A stretch of DNA of 64,000 nucleotides from an uncultured Clostridia bacterium (GCA_945876435.1 CAMCOD010000001.1:19372-83371); one strand, 5' to 3'; shown: positions 37,530-47,942, counted from the first letter of the stretch. The notes: generated by a model not told the origin, from the sequence alone. Translations and numbers: made by a program.

Positions 37530-37928
37530 ATGAAAAAGACAACATTGACCCTTATGGCTTCCCTGTTGGTAACAAGTATGCTGGCCGTACCGGTCTGGGC
37601 CGGCGGTGATCTTCCCAACTTTCCTCCGGAAAAAAGTGAAGCTTGCAGCGAAGTTTCCCACGAAGAATCCCCAATGGAAACTGATGAACCCACTGAGCAG
37701 CCGCGTGCCGCCTTATGTCAAAAATGCCTTAACGGCCAGATGGTCTATTCCACTACCGAATATGGAAACTGGCACTACATCGGCGACACACCATCCTGCA
37801 TGTCCTCCGAAGCCAGTCATCCGGATAAATGGTATGTTCGTACCGTAACCAAGGTCTATCAGTGTACCTATTGCGGTGTTCAGGACCTGCTTACCTCAGA
37901 ACAAAATAAATACGTCTGCACGCAGTAA
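37530..37928 (+). CDS. secreted cysteine-rich hypothetical protein
   Basis: Sec signal peptide ending VWA; acidic linker ending QPR; C-terminal domain with CQKC, CTYC and two more Cys; terminator at 37940-37979. Confidence 0.8.
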   Translation: MKKTTLTLMASLLVTSMLAVPVWAGGDLPNFPPEKSEACSEVSHEESPMETDEPTEQPRAALCQKCLNGQMVYSTTEYGNWHYIGDTPSCMSSEASHPDKWYVRTVTKVYQCTYCGVQDLLTSEQNKYVCTQ

Positions 37929-38041
37929 CGCCGACACCCAAACGGCACAGCCCAATCCAAGCGGGCTGTGCCGTTTTTTCTTTTCCTCCGCCCGGTTTTG
38001 TGCTACAATAAGAGCAGATTTTACAGGGAAAGGATGATGCT

Positions 38042-38689
38042 ATGCTGCCCACCCTTTTGGTTTGGGATTTTAACGGCACCATACTGGACGACGGCCGCCT
38101 GCTGGTGGACGTAAACAACCAAATGAACCGGGAGCGGGGGCTGCCGGAGATCAGCTATGACTTTTACCGGAATTATTTCGATCATCCGCCCCTGCCCTTT
38201 TATCTGCGTATGGGTTATGACTTTAAACAGGAGTCCTATGCCAAGGTCAGCGAGGAATTTCTGGACCGATATGAAAAATACCAGGAAAAAGCCCTTCTTA
38301 TGCCCCATGTTCTGGAAGTTTTGACTTGGGCGAAAGAGCGTGGGATTCCTCAAATCATCGTCTCCGCCCATGAACAGCGGCGGCTGGAAGCGCACCTGCA
38401 TCATTTGGGTATTGCCTCCTATTTTGACCATGTCAGCGGCGAAAACAGTCAGATCATTGGCGGAAAAGTGGAACGAGCCCGCGCATTGGCTCGATCCGGG
38501 CAATACAACTTTTCCAACGCCTGTTTGATCGGCGATACCACCCATGACTATGCGGCGGCCCAGGCCATGAACTGCTACTGTATTCTCTATTCCGGCGGGC
38601 ATCAAAGCTTTTCCCGTCTGCGGCAGACCGGCGCGCCCATTGTCAGCGACTTAAGTCAGATCCCCGCTCTTCTGGAACAACTATCCTGA
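38042..38689 (+). CDS. HAD family hydrolase/phosphatase
   Basis: Motif I WDFNGT, motif II IVSA, motif IV IGDTTHD. Confidence 0.9.
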   Translation: MLPTLLVWDFNGTILDDGRLLVDVNNQMNRERGLPEISYDFYRNYFDHPPLPFYLRMGYDFKQESYAKVSEEFLDRYEKYQEKALLMPHVLEVLTWAKERGIPQIIVSAHEQRRLEAHLHHLGIASYFDHVSGENSQIIGGKVERARALARSGQYNFSNACLIGDTTHDYAAAQAMNCYCILYSGGHQSFSRLRQTGAPIVSDLSQIPALLEQLS

Positions 38690-38704
38690 AAGGAACGAAA
38701 TAAT

Positions 38705-39901
38705 ATGGAAACCAAAAAACTCTTTGATTTGGACAGCTATTGTAGAAACTTCAGCGCAACGGTTCTGTCCTGTGAGCAAAATCCGAAAAATCCGGATGAA
38801 TATCTGGTGGTTTTAAATCAAACCGCCTTCTTCCCGGAGGGCGGCGGACAGCCCGCCGACCAAGGCCGCCTTGGTGATGCCAAAGTTGGCCATGTTTCAG
38901 AAAAAGGAGGCATCATCGCCCACCACTGTGACAGAGCATTGGAAGTTGGTTCTGTTGTGGATGGCTCGATCGACTGGGACATCCGTTTTCCTCATATGCA
39001 AACCCACTGTGGCGAACATATTCTCTCCGGCATCATCCTGCGGGAATACGGCTTCCACAATGTAGGCTTTCACATGGGGAAAGATGCCACCACGATCGAC
39101 TTGGACGGAGAACTGACCGGAGAAATGGTGGCCCATGCGGAAACTCTTGTAAATCGTGCCATTGAAGAAAATGTAGAAGTTCATGTTTCCTATCCCTCAA
39201 AAGAAGAATTGGCCGCCTTGCCTTTGCGGAAAAAACCGGAAGTGGAAAAACTCCGCTTGGTGGAAGTGTCCGGCTATGACTTCTGCGGTTGCTGCGGCAC
39301 TCATGTGGCCCGCAGCGGTGAAATTGAGCTGGTCAAGATTATTGACTTCCAGCGCTACAAGGGCGGTACCCGCCTGTTCTTCCTCTGCGGCCGCCGTGCC
39401 CTGCTGGATTATCAGCAGAAACACGCTGCAGTAAAAGCTCTCGCCGAGGAATTTTCCTGTAAACCGGATGGACTCACTGACGCTGTCCATAAATTGCAGC
39501 AGGACCTGGCTGAAGCAAAAGTCCAGCTTGCTGAAAAAAATAAAATGCTCTTCCAGTTTCTTGGCCAGAAACTGCTGGAACAGGCTCCTGAGACCCAAGG
39601 CTGCAGATGGGTCTTCCTCTACGGCGGCTTTTCCGCCGAAGAAGCCAAAACATTCGCCCTGTCCACGGTGAAGCAGGACAATGTGCTCTGCACCTGCTTC
39701 ATGCCTGCTGGCCAGCAGCTCCGTTACGCTATTTCCAAAAGCAAAAATGTTTCCGCTCTGTCCGGAAAAAGTCTGTGTCAGACCATGAATCAGGCACTGG
39801 GCGGCAAAGGCGGCGGAAATGAGGAATTGTGCTGCGGCAGTCTGCCTCTGATCGCGGAAGAAGAACTGAAAGCTTTCTTTACGCGTCAGTTGGGGCTGTA
39901 G
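38705..39901 (+). CDS. alaX: free-standing alanyl-tRNA editing protein (AlaX-L type, with DHHA1 domain)
   Basis: TAFFPEGGGQPAD.G, HCGEH (HxxxH), CCGTH (CxxxH), C-terminal GGKGGG. Confidence 0.88.
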   Translation: METKKLFDLDSYCRNFSATVLSCEQNPKNPDEYLVVLNQTAFFPEGGGQPADQGRLGDAKVGHVSEKGGIIAHHCDRALEVGSVVDGSIDWDIRFPHMQTHCGEHILSGIILREYGFHNVGFHMGKDATTIDLDGELTGEMVAHAETLVNRAIEENVEVHVSYPSKEELAALPLRKKPEVEKLRLVEVSGYDFCGCCGTHVARSGEIELVKIIDFQRYKGGTRLFFLCGRRALLDYQQKHAAVKALAEEFSCKPDGLTDAVHKLQQDLAEAKVQLAEKNKMLFQFLGQKLLEQAPETQGCRWVFLYGGFSAEEAKTFALSTVKQDNVLCTCFMPAGQQLRYAISKSKNVSALSGKSLCQTMNQALGGKGGGNEELCCGSLPLIAEEELKAFFTRQLGL

Positions 39902-39916
39902 GGAAGGCGGAATACG

Positions 39917-40873
39917 ATGGAACTTCCTCACTCTCTGCTTCAAGCCATGGAAGAAGCTGCTTCTGGGGCCAGCGTTACGCAGCTTCAGCAGGCTGCCCAA
40001 CAGTTGAGTCAACGCTACCGGGACAGCCGCCGCAGTGGACAGCCCCTGCTGTCTGATCGTACGGAAGCTGCTGCCTATGCTATCACCCGTATGCCTGCCA
40101 CCTATGGAGCCGTATATTCTGCCCTTTCCTGGACTTTGGAACATACCGATTGCCGCCCATCCACCATAGTGGACGTGGGAGCCGGCACCGGAGCCGCAAG
40201 CTGGGCTGCCTGGGAATTACTTTCCCCAGATAGCATCACCTGCGTGGAAAAAGAAGCGTCCATGAAGGCTCAAGGACTGTCTTTAATGAAAAATACACCC
40301 CTTCAGAAAGCCGCTTGGGTTTCCGGCAACATCAGTCGAGGCGAGCTTCCCTATCATGGGGATCTTGTGATCGCCTCCTATGTGCTTAACGAAGTATCCC
40401 CAGAGCAGCAGCCTGCTGCCGTCAAAGCTCTGTGGGAAGCTGCCGGAGAATTGCTGCTGATTTTGGAACCGGGTACCCCATCCGGTTTCGCACAAATGCG
40501 GAAGATCCGGGAACAGCTTCTGTCTATGGGTGCCTTTATGGTTGCCCCCTGTCCTCATGGGGAAAGCTGTCCTGTCTGTGAGCCGGACTGGTGCCATTTC
40601 ACCTGCCGCATTCCCAGAACCCGCCTGCATCGGCAATTAAAAGGTGGGGATGCCCCCTTTGAGGATGAAAAATTCACCTATCTGGCGGTTTCCAAAACCC
40701 TTGCCGCCCCCTGTCAGGCACGGGTGCTGCGCCATCCCATTGTGGAAACCGGTCGGGTGACCCTGGAACTATGCAGCAATATGGGCAAAAGTAAAACCAT
40801 GTTCCGCAAAAAGGACGCAAGATATAAACAGGCCCGGAAATTGGACTGCGGCGATGCTTTTTCCATGGAGTAA
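39917..40873 (+). CDS. Rsm22/METTL17-family SAM-dependent methyltransferase-like protein
   Basis: AYAITRMPATY, VDVGAGTGAASWA, SYVLNE, LEPGTP.GF, APCPH...CP......WCHF, FEDEKFTYL. Confidence 0.85.
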   Translation: MELPHSLLQAMEEAASGASVTQLQQAAQQLSQRYRDSRRSGQPLLSDRTEAAAYAITRMPATYGAVYSALSWTLEHTDCRPSTIVDVGAGTGAASWAAWELLSPDSITCVEKEASMKAQGLSLMKNTPLQKAAWVSGNISRGELPYHGDLVIASYVLNEVSPEQQPAAVKALWEAAGELLLILEPGTPSGFAQMRKIREQLLSMGAFMVAPCPHGESCPVCEPDWCHFTCRIPRTRLHRQLKGGDAPFEDEKFTYLAVSKTLAAPCQARVLRHPIVETGRVTLELCSNMGKSKTMFRKKDARYKQARKLDCGDAFSME

Positions 40874-40892
40874 ACCAATTCTTTTTTGCAAA

Positions 40893-40940
40893 AACAAGCA
40901 GGATGAAAACCCCTATTTAGGGGCTTTCATCCTGCTTGTT
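40893..40940. terminator. bidirectional terminator between convergent genes
   Basis: 16-bp arms AACAAGCAGGATGAAA/TTTCATCCTGCTTGTT. Confidence 0.7.
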
Positions 40941-40963
40941 CAGTTTACAAAACATAATTTCCG

Positions 40964-41563
40964 TCATAGACTCTGCGCCAAAATAAATTTTTCCTTTTTA
41001 ATCCAACAGATCCCCGAATTTCGCCTTGAGGAACAGGCGGTACTCCGGGCTGTTTTCCGCTTGGCATATTCCTGACGGGCGCTGTCCCGGATCCAGCGAA
41101 GATTGGATTCTGTGCAGTCCTCATAACGCTTCAGAACCATCTTTCCCTCTCGCACTGCCTCCATAATAGCCTCGTAGGCATCCGGAATGTAGGTACAGCC
41201 GCTGACCGCTACCGACTCAGAAGAAGTCCAGACAAAGGGGATACCCTCCAGCCTTTCCCCTTGATCCAGCTTATCCGCCCAATAGATCCAGCCGGAAACG
41301 CCCTTATAGGTTTCTTCGGTGGCGTTGGGATAGTATTCTTCCAGCCGCAGGATACCCTCCTTGGTAAAACCGTAGCTGGCCCACTTTCGGTAGGGACCCT
41401 GATGATCATATCCCTGCTCCTTGCAGTATTTTTCTACCGCGTTGCTGAGGTAAACCAGCACATTTTCCCGTTTTTCGGAAAAATAGACCTGCGCCTTGCC
41501 GTGGTTGGAGATCCGCGGTTCCAAAACGGCGATATTCTTCACCGGAGACGCGTGATAAAACAT
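40964..41563 (-). CDS. hypothetical protein, possible ADP-ribosyltransferase fold; probable frameshift near the C-terminus
   Basis: ATG 41563 after AAAGGAG; N-terminal FYHAS...LEPR...H...VYFS; the alternative frame after ~41060 reads AENSPEYRLFLKAKFGDLLD*. Confidence 0.65.
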   Translation of the reverse strand: MFYHASPVKNIAVLEPRISNHGKAQVYFSEKRENVLVYLSNAVEKYCKEQGYDHQGPYRKWASYGFTKEGILRLEEYYPNATEETYKGVSGWIYWADKLDQGERLEGIPFVWTSSESVAVSGCTYIPDAYEAIMEAVREGKMVLKRYEDCTESNLRWIRDSARQEYAKRKTARSTACSSRRNSGICWIKKEKFILAQSL

Positions 41564-41614
41564 AAAAACGCTCCTTTCGTGGACAAAAAAGCCTCCCAAT
41601 GGGAGGCTTTTTCC

Positions 41615-44350
41615 TTATCTGCCACAGCAGTTTTTGTATTTTTTACCGCTTCCGCAGGGGCAGGGATCATTTCTGCCAATTTTCTTACCCTTACGGATCG
41701 GAGCATTCGGCAGGGAACCATCCGGAGAGGTTGGAAGAGGTTTGGCAACCTGTTCCCGCTTCAGCAAGTTGGATTCCGCACCTGGTTTCAGGCCCTTGAT
41801 GGAGAAGAGGAATTTCACCGTATCTTCCCGGATGCCGGCGATCATTTCGTCAAACATATCAAAGCCTTCCATGCGGTACTCAGTAGCCGGATCCTTCTGG
41901 GCAAAGGAGCGCAGGGCAATACCCTGTTTCAAATCCTCCATAGCGCTCAGATGGTCAATCCAGTGGGTATCCACCTGTTTCAGCAGAACCACACGCTCCA
42001 GCTCGCGCATGATCTCGGAACCCAGCTCCTGCTCTTTCTTTTCGTAAAGTTCCAACAGCCGATTCTGGATCTTTTCCGTCAGTTCTTCCACATTGATTTT
42101 TGCCAGTTCTTCCGGGTCGGTAGGGATCAAATCGCTGGCCATTGCGCCGACAAACTGATTTTTCAAGCCTACAACATTCCACTGGGAAGGTTCTGTGTTC
42201 TCGTGGAGATACATCGGAATGGTGGTCGCAACCTGTTCCCTGATCATGGACAGAATATAATCCTTCATGTTTTCGCCGTTGAGAACCTGATTTCTCTGTG
42301 CGTAAACGATCTGACGCTGTTTGTTCATAACGTCATCGTACTGGAGCACATTCTTACGAATGCCAAAGTTTCTTGCCTCGATTTTCATCTGGGCCGATTC
42401 GATGGTGTTGCTGAGCATCTTGTTCTCGATGGGCATATCCTCATCAATTTTCAGAGAATCCATCAGGCTGTTGATCCGGTCGCCGCCGAACAAGCGCATC
42501 AGATCATCGTCCAAAGCCAGGAAGAAGCGGGACGCGCCTGGGTCGCCCTGACGGCCGGAACGGCCGCGAAGCTGATTATCAATACGGCGGGACTCATGCC
42601 GCTCGGTACCAATAATGAACAGACCGCCTGCCTCACAGACTTTCTCCGCTTCGGGAGCAATTTTTTCTTTAAATTCCTTGATCAGATCATTGTAACGAGA
42701 ACGGGCAGCCAGAACTTCCTCATCCCCGGTCTCTCCAAAGCCCATGGCTTCCATGATCATTTCCTCGGCATAGCCTTCTTTGCGCATCTGGACGCGGGCC
42801 ATGAATTCCGCGTTGCCGCCCAGCATAATATCAGTACCACGACCGGCCATGTTGGTGGCAATGGTCACTGCGCCGAACTGGCCTGCCTGAGCAACGATTT
42901 CCGCTTCTTTTTCATGGTATTTTGCGTTAAGCACCTGGTGCTGAATACCCGTACGCTTCAGTCTTGCGCTGAGCTGTTCGGATTTTTCAACGGAAACAGT
43001 GCCGACCAGCACAGGCTGTCCCTTGGCGTGACATTCTTTGATCTGTTCGATAATCGCATTGATCTTGCCGTTCTCATTCTTATAGACCACGTCCGGCATA
43101 TCAAGACGAATAACCGGCTTATTAGTTGGAACTTCGATAACGTCCATACCGTAAATTTCACGGAACTCGGCTTCCTCTGTCATAGCTGTACCGGTCATAC
43201 CGCTAAGCTTATCATACATACGGAAGAAATTCTGATAGGTGATGGTCGCCAAGGTTTTGGATTCCTTCTTGATCTCTACGCCCTCTTTGGCTTCTACGGC
43301 CTGATGCAGACCCTCGCTCCAGCGGCGGCCCTCCATAACACGACCGGTAAACTCATCAACGATCTTAACTTCGCCGTCCTGCACCAGATAGTTAACATCC
43401 CGGTGCATGGTACCGTGGGCTTTAATGGCCTGATTGATATGATGCTGCAAGGTTGCGTTCTCAATATCCATCAGGTTTTCAACATTAAAGTAAGCCTCTG
43501 CTTTTTCAATACCGCTTTTGGTCAGGGTAGCGGTTTTTCCCTTTTCATCCACAATGTAGTCGCCCTCGATGGTGGATTCCATATCCTCTTTGGTATCCAC
43601 TTCCCGTACTTTCGCCATGGTCAGGGTGCGGGCAAAGCGATCCGCAATGGTATACAGCTCTGTAGACTTGTCGCCAGCGCCGGAAATAATCAAAGGTGTT
43701 CTTGCCTCGTCGATGAGGATCGAGTCCACCTCATCCACAACGGCAAAATGATGACCTCTCTGCACACAGTTTTTCTTCTCGATCTGCATATTGTCGCGCA
43801 GGTAGTCGAAACCGAATTCACTGTTGGTGCCGTAGGTAATATCGCAGTCATAAGCTTCTTTTTTGGCCTGATCTGCGCCATGAACGATCAGGCCCACACT
43901 CAGACCCAGGAAACGGTAGATCTTTCCCATTTCCTCCGAGTCACGTTTTGCCAGATAGTCGTTGACCGTAACCACATGGACGCCCTTTCCCTCCAGAGCG
44001 TTCAAATAAACCGGCAGCGTTTCCACCAATGTCTTACCTTCACCGGTTTTCATTTCAGCGATTCGGCCCTGGTGGAGCACAATACCGCCTACAACCTGTA
44101 CCGGATAATGCTTTTTGCCCAGCACACGCCAAGCCGCCTCACGGCAGGTAGCAAAAGCCTCCGGCAGGATATCATCCAGCGTCTCGCCAGCGGCCAGTCT
44201 GCCCTTCAGCTTATCTGTGTTGGCCCGCAGCTCCGCGTCGCTGAGCTTCTGATATGTTTCGTCCAGCGCCAGAACCTTGTCCCGAATGGGATAGATCTTT
44301 TTCAGTTCCCGCTCGGAGTATGTTCCAAAAATTTTGTCCAATAAACCCAT
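41615..44350 (-). CDS. secA: preprotein translocase subunit SecA
   Basis: [60 protein letters not shown]-terminal [19 protein letters not shown]. Confidence 0.99.
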   Translation of the reverse strand: MGLLDKIFGTYSERELKKIYPIRDKVLALDETYQKLSDAELRANTDKLKGRLAAGETLDDILPEAFATCREAAWRVLGKKHYPVQVVGGIVLHQGRIAEMKTGEGKTLVETLPVYLNALEGKGVHVVTVNDYLAKRDSEEMGKIYRFLGLSVGLIVHGADQAKKEAYDCDITYGTNSEFGFDYLRDNMQIEKKNCVQRGHHFAVVDEVDSILIDEARTPLIISGAGDKSTELYTIADRFARTLTMAKVREVDTKEDMESTIEGDYIVDEKGKTATLTKSGIEKAEAYFNVENLMDIENATLQHHINQAIKAHGTMHRDVNYLVQDGEVKIVDEFTGRVMEGRRWSEGLHQAVEAKEGVEIKKESKTLATITYQNFFRMYDKLSGMTGTAMTEEAEFREIYGMDVIEVPTNKPVIRLDMPDVVYKNENGKINAIIEQIKECHAKGQPVLVGTVSVEKSEQLSARLKRTGIQHQVLNAKYHEKEAEIVAQAGQFGAVTIATNMAGRGTDIMLGGNAEFMARVQMRKEGYAEEMIMEAMGFGETGDEEVLAARSRYNDLIKEFKEKIAPEAEKVCEAGGLFIIGTERHESRRIDNQLRGRSGRQGDPGASRFFLALDDDLMRLFGGDRINSLMDSLKIDEDMPIENKMLSNTIESAQMKIEARNFGIRKNVLQYDDVMNKQRQIVYAQRNQVLNGENMKDYILSMIREQVATTIPMYLHENTEPSQWNVVGLKNQFVGAMASDLIPTDPEELAKINVEELTEKIQNRLLELYEKKEQELGSEIMRELERVVLLKQVDTHWIDHLSAMEDLKQGIALRSFAQKDPATEYRMEGFDMFDEMIAGIREDTVKFLFSIKGLKPGAESNLLKREQVAKPLPTSPDGSLPNAPIRKGKKIGRNDPCPCGSGKKYKNCCGR

Positions 44351-44524
44351 TGTTACACCTCTATAGGATCAGCAGGGGAATTGATTCCGTGCCGATCATT
44401 TCTCAAGTACACTAATATTTTTATTGTACCCTTATATACCCTGTTTGTCAAATCAAACACATGAGCCTGATACAAATATTTTGTGTATAAATTCTTAATT
44501 TTAATCTTTCTTTTTGCGGCAGCT

Positions 44525-44806
44525 TTAGGATAACAGGCGGTATAAAGCTAAAACCAGAATCGTTTGCACCACAATAATGGCCGGAATACCAAACTTAAAG
44601 TACCAGTGCTGGGTTTTGTGGCGAAAAGTGAGCATGCCGGCGTACATTCCCACGCTTCCCCCCAACGCTGACAGCAGAAACAGCATTTTTTCCGGTACGC
44701 GGCGCAGCTGCTTTTTCGCGGCAAACTTGTCCAAACCGCAGATAATAAACGTAAGCACCGTCAAAATCAGCAGATAAATCAGCGCGGCTTTCAGCCAAAT
44801 GCTCAT
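44525..44806 (-). CDS. DUF1294 family membrane protein
   Basis: DKFAAKK..RRVPEKMLF.LS.LGGS.G......FRHKT. Confidence 0.88.
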   Translation of the reverse strand: MSIWLKAALIYLLILTVLTFIICGLDKFAAKKQLRRVPEKMLFLLSALGGSVGMYAGMLTFRHKTQHWYFKFGIPAIIVVQTILVLALYRLLS

Positions 44807-44949
44807 AAGCTCCAACACCCTTCCTCCAGCGAATATCTTTGATTATTATAGTACATTTTTGCTTTCCTGTATAGCGTTTTCCGCTTCGCCATCAAAAAAA
44901 TAACGCGGCATCGTCTCGTTTGACGCCGCGTTTTTCCTCTGTTTTTCTC

Positions 44950-45453
44950 CTAAATTCCGGCTTCCACCGCCGCCCCAGCCTCCAAGGATGCTCTGACATC
45001 CAGGATACGCTGGTTTTTGCTGCCTCGGAATTTTACCATCAAAGACTTTTCCGCCAGCAGGAAGGGACCGTCGATCAGGTAACGGCACTGCTTGAGCAGC
45101 TCCATCCGATCCGGATCCTGTTCTTCCATCAGCTGTTCAAAGGTGTAGCCGGTATAGCAGATAATATTTTTTCCTATATTTTTCAGGGCTTTCGCCAACT
45201 CAGTCAAAGCTTTTGCCTGACACATAGGCTCCCCGCCGGAGAAGGTGACGCCGGAAATCAGAGGATCCTGCTTGACCTCCGCCACGATTTCCTCCGTGCT
45301 GCATTCTTTCCCGCCCTCGAAGGGGTGGGTTTGGGGATTATGACAGCCGGGGCAGTGGTGGGGACAACCCTGCACAAAAATTGTATAGCGAATGCCCGGT
45401 CCGTCCACAATGGATTCCGGAATAATACCGGAGATGTGGAGTTTTTCTGTCAT
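44950..45453 (-). CDS. nrdG: anaerobic ribonucleotide reductase activase (radical SAM)
   Basis: SIVDGPGIR, CPHHCPGC, SGGEP, YTGY, DGPF, RGSKNQRI. Confidence 0.96.
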   Translation of the reverse strand: MTEKLHISGIIPESIVDGPGIRYTIFVQGCPHHCPGCHNPQTHPFEGGKECSTEEIVAEVKQDPLISGVTFSGGEPMCQAKALTELAKALKNIGKNIICYTGYTFEQLMEEQDPDRMELLKQCRYLIDGPFLLAEKSLMVKFRGSKNQRILDVRASLEAGAAVEAGI

Positions 45454-45479
45454 GGCAGGCGCTTCCTTTCTTTTGTGAT

Positions 45480-47798
45480 CTATTTCAGGTTCATGTGTTT
45501 TACTCGATCCCGCTCTTCCGCCCGTTTCGCATTATTCCAGCGGTCGGTGGTACCCACCAGATAACCAGTAATGCGGCGGATGCGTTCAAACTTCGGCTCA
45601 TGCTCGCCCTCTCGCCGTCCGCATTTCGGACAAACATCGCCAATAATACCAGTATAACCGCAAACACAGTCCCGGTCAACCGGATGGTTAATGGAGCCGT
45701 AACCCACGCCGCACTCCTTCATGCAGCGAACAATCTGCTCAAAGGCCTCCAGATTATCGCTGGGATCTCCATCCAATTCGATGTAAGTAATATGACCACC
45801 GTTAGTCAAAGCGTGATAGGGGGCCTCCAACTGGATCTTACGGAAAGCGCCGATATTATAATAAACAGGAATGTGGAAAGAATTGGTGTAGTATTCCCGA
45901 TCCGTAATACCTTTCAGAACTCCGAAACGCTGGCGGTCGATTTTGACAAAGCGTCCGGACAAGCCCTCCGCGGGGGTTGCGATCAGAGAGAAATTAAGAC
46001 CGGTTTTTTCTGCTTCTTCATCCATGCGTTTCCGCATATGGCCGATAATTTTCAAGCCCAGTTCCTGCGCTTCTTGGCTTTGGCCATGGTGCTGACCGAT
46101 AAGAGCCACCAGACATTCCGCCAAACCAATAAAGCCCATGGTCAAGGTGCCGTGTTTCAGCACCTCAGCTACGCTGTCATCCGAATCCAGCTTCTCAGAA
46201 TCCAGCCAAATCCCCTGTCCCATGAGGAAAGGATAATTTTTCACTTTCTTCCCACACTGAATGCGGAAGCGGTCCAGCAGCTGATCGATCACAAGGTCGA
46301 TGCGCTTGTCCAGCATAGAGAAGAATTTATCCACATCATGGTCGGCGAGAATCGCCAGACGAGGCAGATTCACCGAGGTAAAACTCAGATTGCCGCGGCC
46401 ATTGACGATCTCACGGGAAGGATCGTAAACGTTGCCGGCAACACGGGTACGGCAGCCCATGTAAGCAATTTCCGTTTCGGGATGACCGGGTTTATAATAT
46501 TGCAGATTGAACGGCGCGTCAATAAAGGAAAAGTTGGGGAAAAGACGCTTTGCAGACACCCGGCAGGCCAGTTTAAACAGGTCATAGTTGGGTTCTCCCT
46601 CGTTGTAGTTGACGCCCTCTTTGACTTTAAAAATATGAATAGGGAAAATGCAGGTCTCGCCATTGCCCAGTCCGGCTTCTGTCGCCAGCAACAGATTGCG
46701 AATGACCATGCGCCCCTCCGGAGAGGTATCCGTACCGTAGTTCAAGGAGCTGAAAGGGATCTGCGCGCCGGCACGGGAATGCATGGTGTTCAGATTATGA
46801 ACCAGCGCCTCCATTGCCTGATATGTGGTTCGGTCTGTTTCCTTGTGGGCATATTTCCCGGCAAATTTCTGTACGGCAGGAATCTGTTCCGCAGGAATAA
46901 CCGTGCTTAACAGCTCGGCTTCTCTCTTTCGATAGGCCTCGTCGTGCTCCAGGCTTGGGCTCAGGTTTTCTTCCTTCAGCTTGCGGCTGATGCTGTCAAC
47001 AGCGGCTTCCGCGTCCTCCAAATCACAAAGCAGTTCACAAGCCTTTGCCAGATTACGGCGATACAGCTTACCGTAGGTTTTCGCTACGCCCGGCGCCATA
47101 TCGTAATCAAAGGCCGGTACACTCTGCCCGCCATGCTGGTCATTCTGGTTGGACTGGATCGCGATGCAGGCCAAAGCGCTGTAACTCATAATATCGTTTG
47201 GCTCCCGCAAAAAACCATGGCCGGTGCTGAAGCCGTTGTGGAACAGCTTGGTCAGGTCGATCTGACAGCAGGTGGTGGTCAAAGTCAAAAAATCCAGATC
47301 ATGAATATGAATATCACCGCTGCGGTGCGCTTTGGCATGCTCCGGGTCCAGAACAAACATCTCATCGAAGGCTTTTGCGCCTTCTGAACCATATTTCAGC
47401 ATGGTACCCATGGCGGTATCTCCATCAATATTGGCGTTTTCCCGCTTGATGTCATTTTCCGCCGCGTTTTTAAAGGTCAGATCCTCGTAAATTTTCATCA
47501 AACTGGTGTTCATTTCCCGGATCCGGGTGCGCTGGGCACGATAAAGAATATAGCTTTTCGCTGTTTGGCTGTGACCATTCTCGATCAAAACCTTTTCGAC
47601 CATATCCTGAACCTGTTCCACTGTCGGCGCCTCCAAACCAGAGGCCTCCAGCAGAATTTCCACCTTCTTTGCCAGCTCGCAGGCCTGATCATAATTGTTG
47701 CCTCCGATAGACTGGGCGGCAGCAAAGATAGCCTGAGAGATTTTTTCCAGGTCAAAATCCACAGTTCTTCCGTCACGCTTAATGATGGTTTTGATCAT
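45480..47798 (-). CDS. nrdD: class III anaerobic ribonucleoside-triphosphate reductase with N-terminal ATP cone
   Basis: IIKRDG ATP cone, IHIHDLDF, YMGCRT, GRGNLSFTSVNLPR, CVCG...CPKCG, glycyl-radical loop RITGYL. Confidence 0.97.
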   Translation of the reverse strand: MIKTIIKRDGRTVDFDLEKISQAIFAAAQSIGGNNYDQACELAKKVEILLEASGLEAPTVEQVQDMVEKVLIENGHSQTAKSYILYRAQRTRIREMNTSLMKIYEDLTFKNAAENDIKRENANIDGDTAMGTMLKYGSEGAKAFDEMFVLDPEHAKAHRSGDIHIHDLDFLTLTTTCCQIDLTKLFHNGFSTGHGFLREPNDIMSYSALACIAIQSNQNDQHGGQSVPAFDYDMAPGVAKTYGKLYRRNLAKACELLCDLEDAEAAVDSISRKLKEENLSPSLEHDEAYRKREAELLSTVIPAEQIPAVQKFAGKYAHKETDRTTYQAMEALVHNLNTMHSRAGAQIPFSSLNYGTDTSPEGRMVIRNLLLATEAGLGNGETCIFPIHIFKVKEGVNYNEGEPNYDLFKLACRVSAKRLFPNFSFIDAPFNLQYYKPGHPETEIAYMGCRTRVAGNVYDPSREIVNGRGNLSFTSVNLPRLAILADHDVDKFFSMLDKRIDLVIDQLLDRFRIQCGKKVKNYPFLMGQGIWLDSEKLDSDDSVAEVLKHGTLTMGFIGLAECLVALIGQHHGQSQEAQELGLKIIGHMRKRMDEEAEKTGLNFSLIATPAEGLSGRFVKIDRQRFGVLKGITDREYYTNSFHIPVYYNIGAFRKIQLEAPYHALTNGGHITYIELDGDPSDNLEAFEQIVRCMKECGVGYGSINHPVDRDCVCGYTGIIGDVCPKCGRREGEHEPKFERIRRITGYLVGTTDRWNNAKRAEERDRVKHMNLK

Positions 47799-47942
47799 TG
47801 TTTCGCTCCCCTTTTATATGAAAAAAGCCAGAAATTCGTCTGTCAGCCAAAAAAATAGTCATAACGGCTGTGTTCCCCAATAAGAGACCGACCATTATGA
47901 TCCGACGATAGAGAGAATATTCTGCTTACTAAGTTGATTTTT

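Noticed and set aside
41261-44344. 1027-aa plus-strand ORF
   Set aside because: Antisense shadow of secA with no protein motifs. The same applies to the long antisense ORFs over rpoD (2690-3793), pgm (9968-11263), prs (15447-16790), the EF-G paralog (23030-24826), ATP-grasp (35898-37145), nrdD (45495-46910), alr (56600-57958) and copA (58959-60329); they are explained by the codon bias of the real genes.
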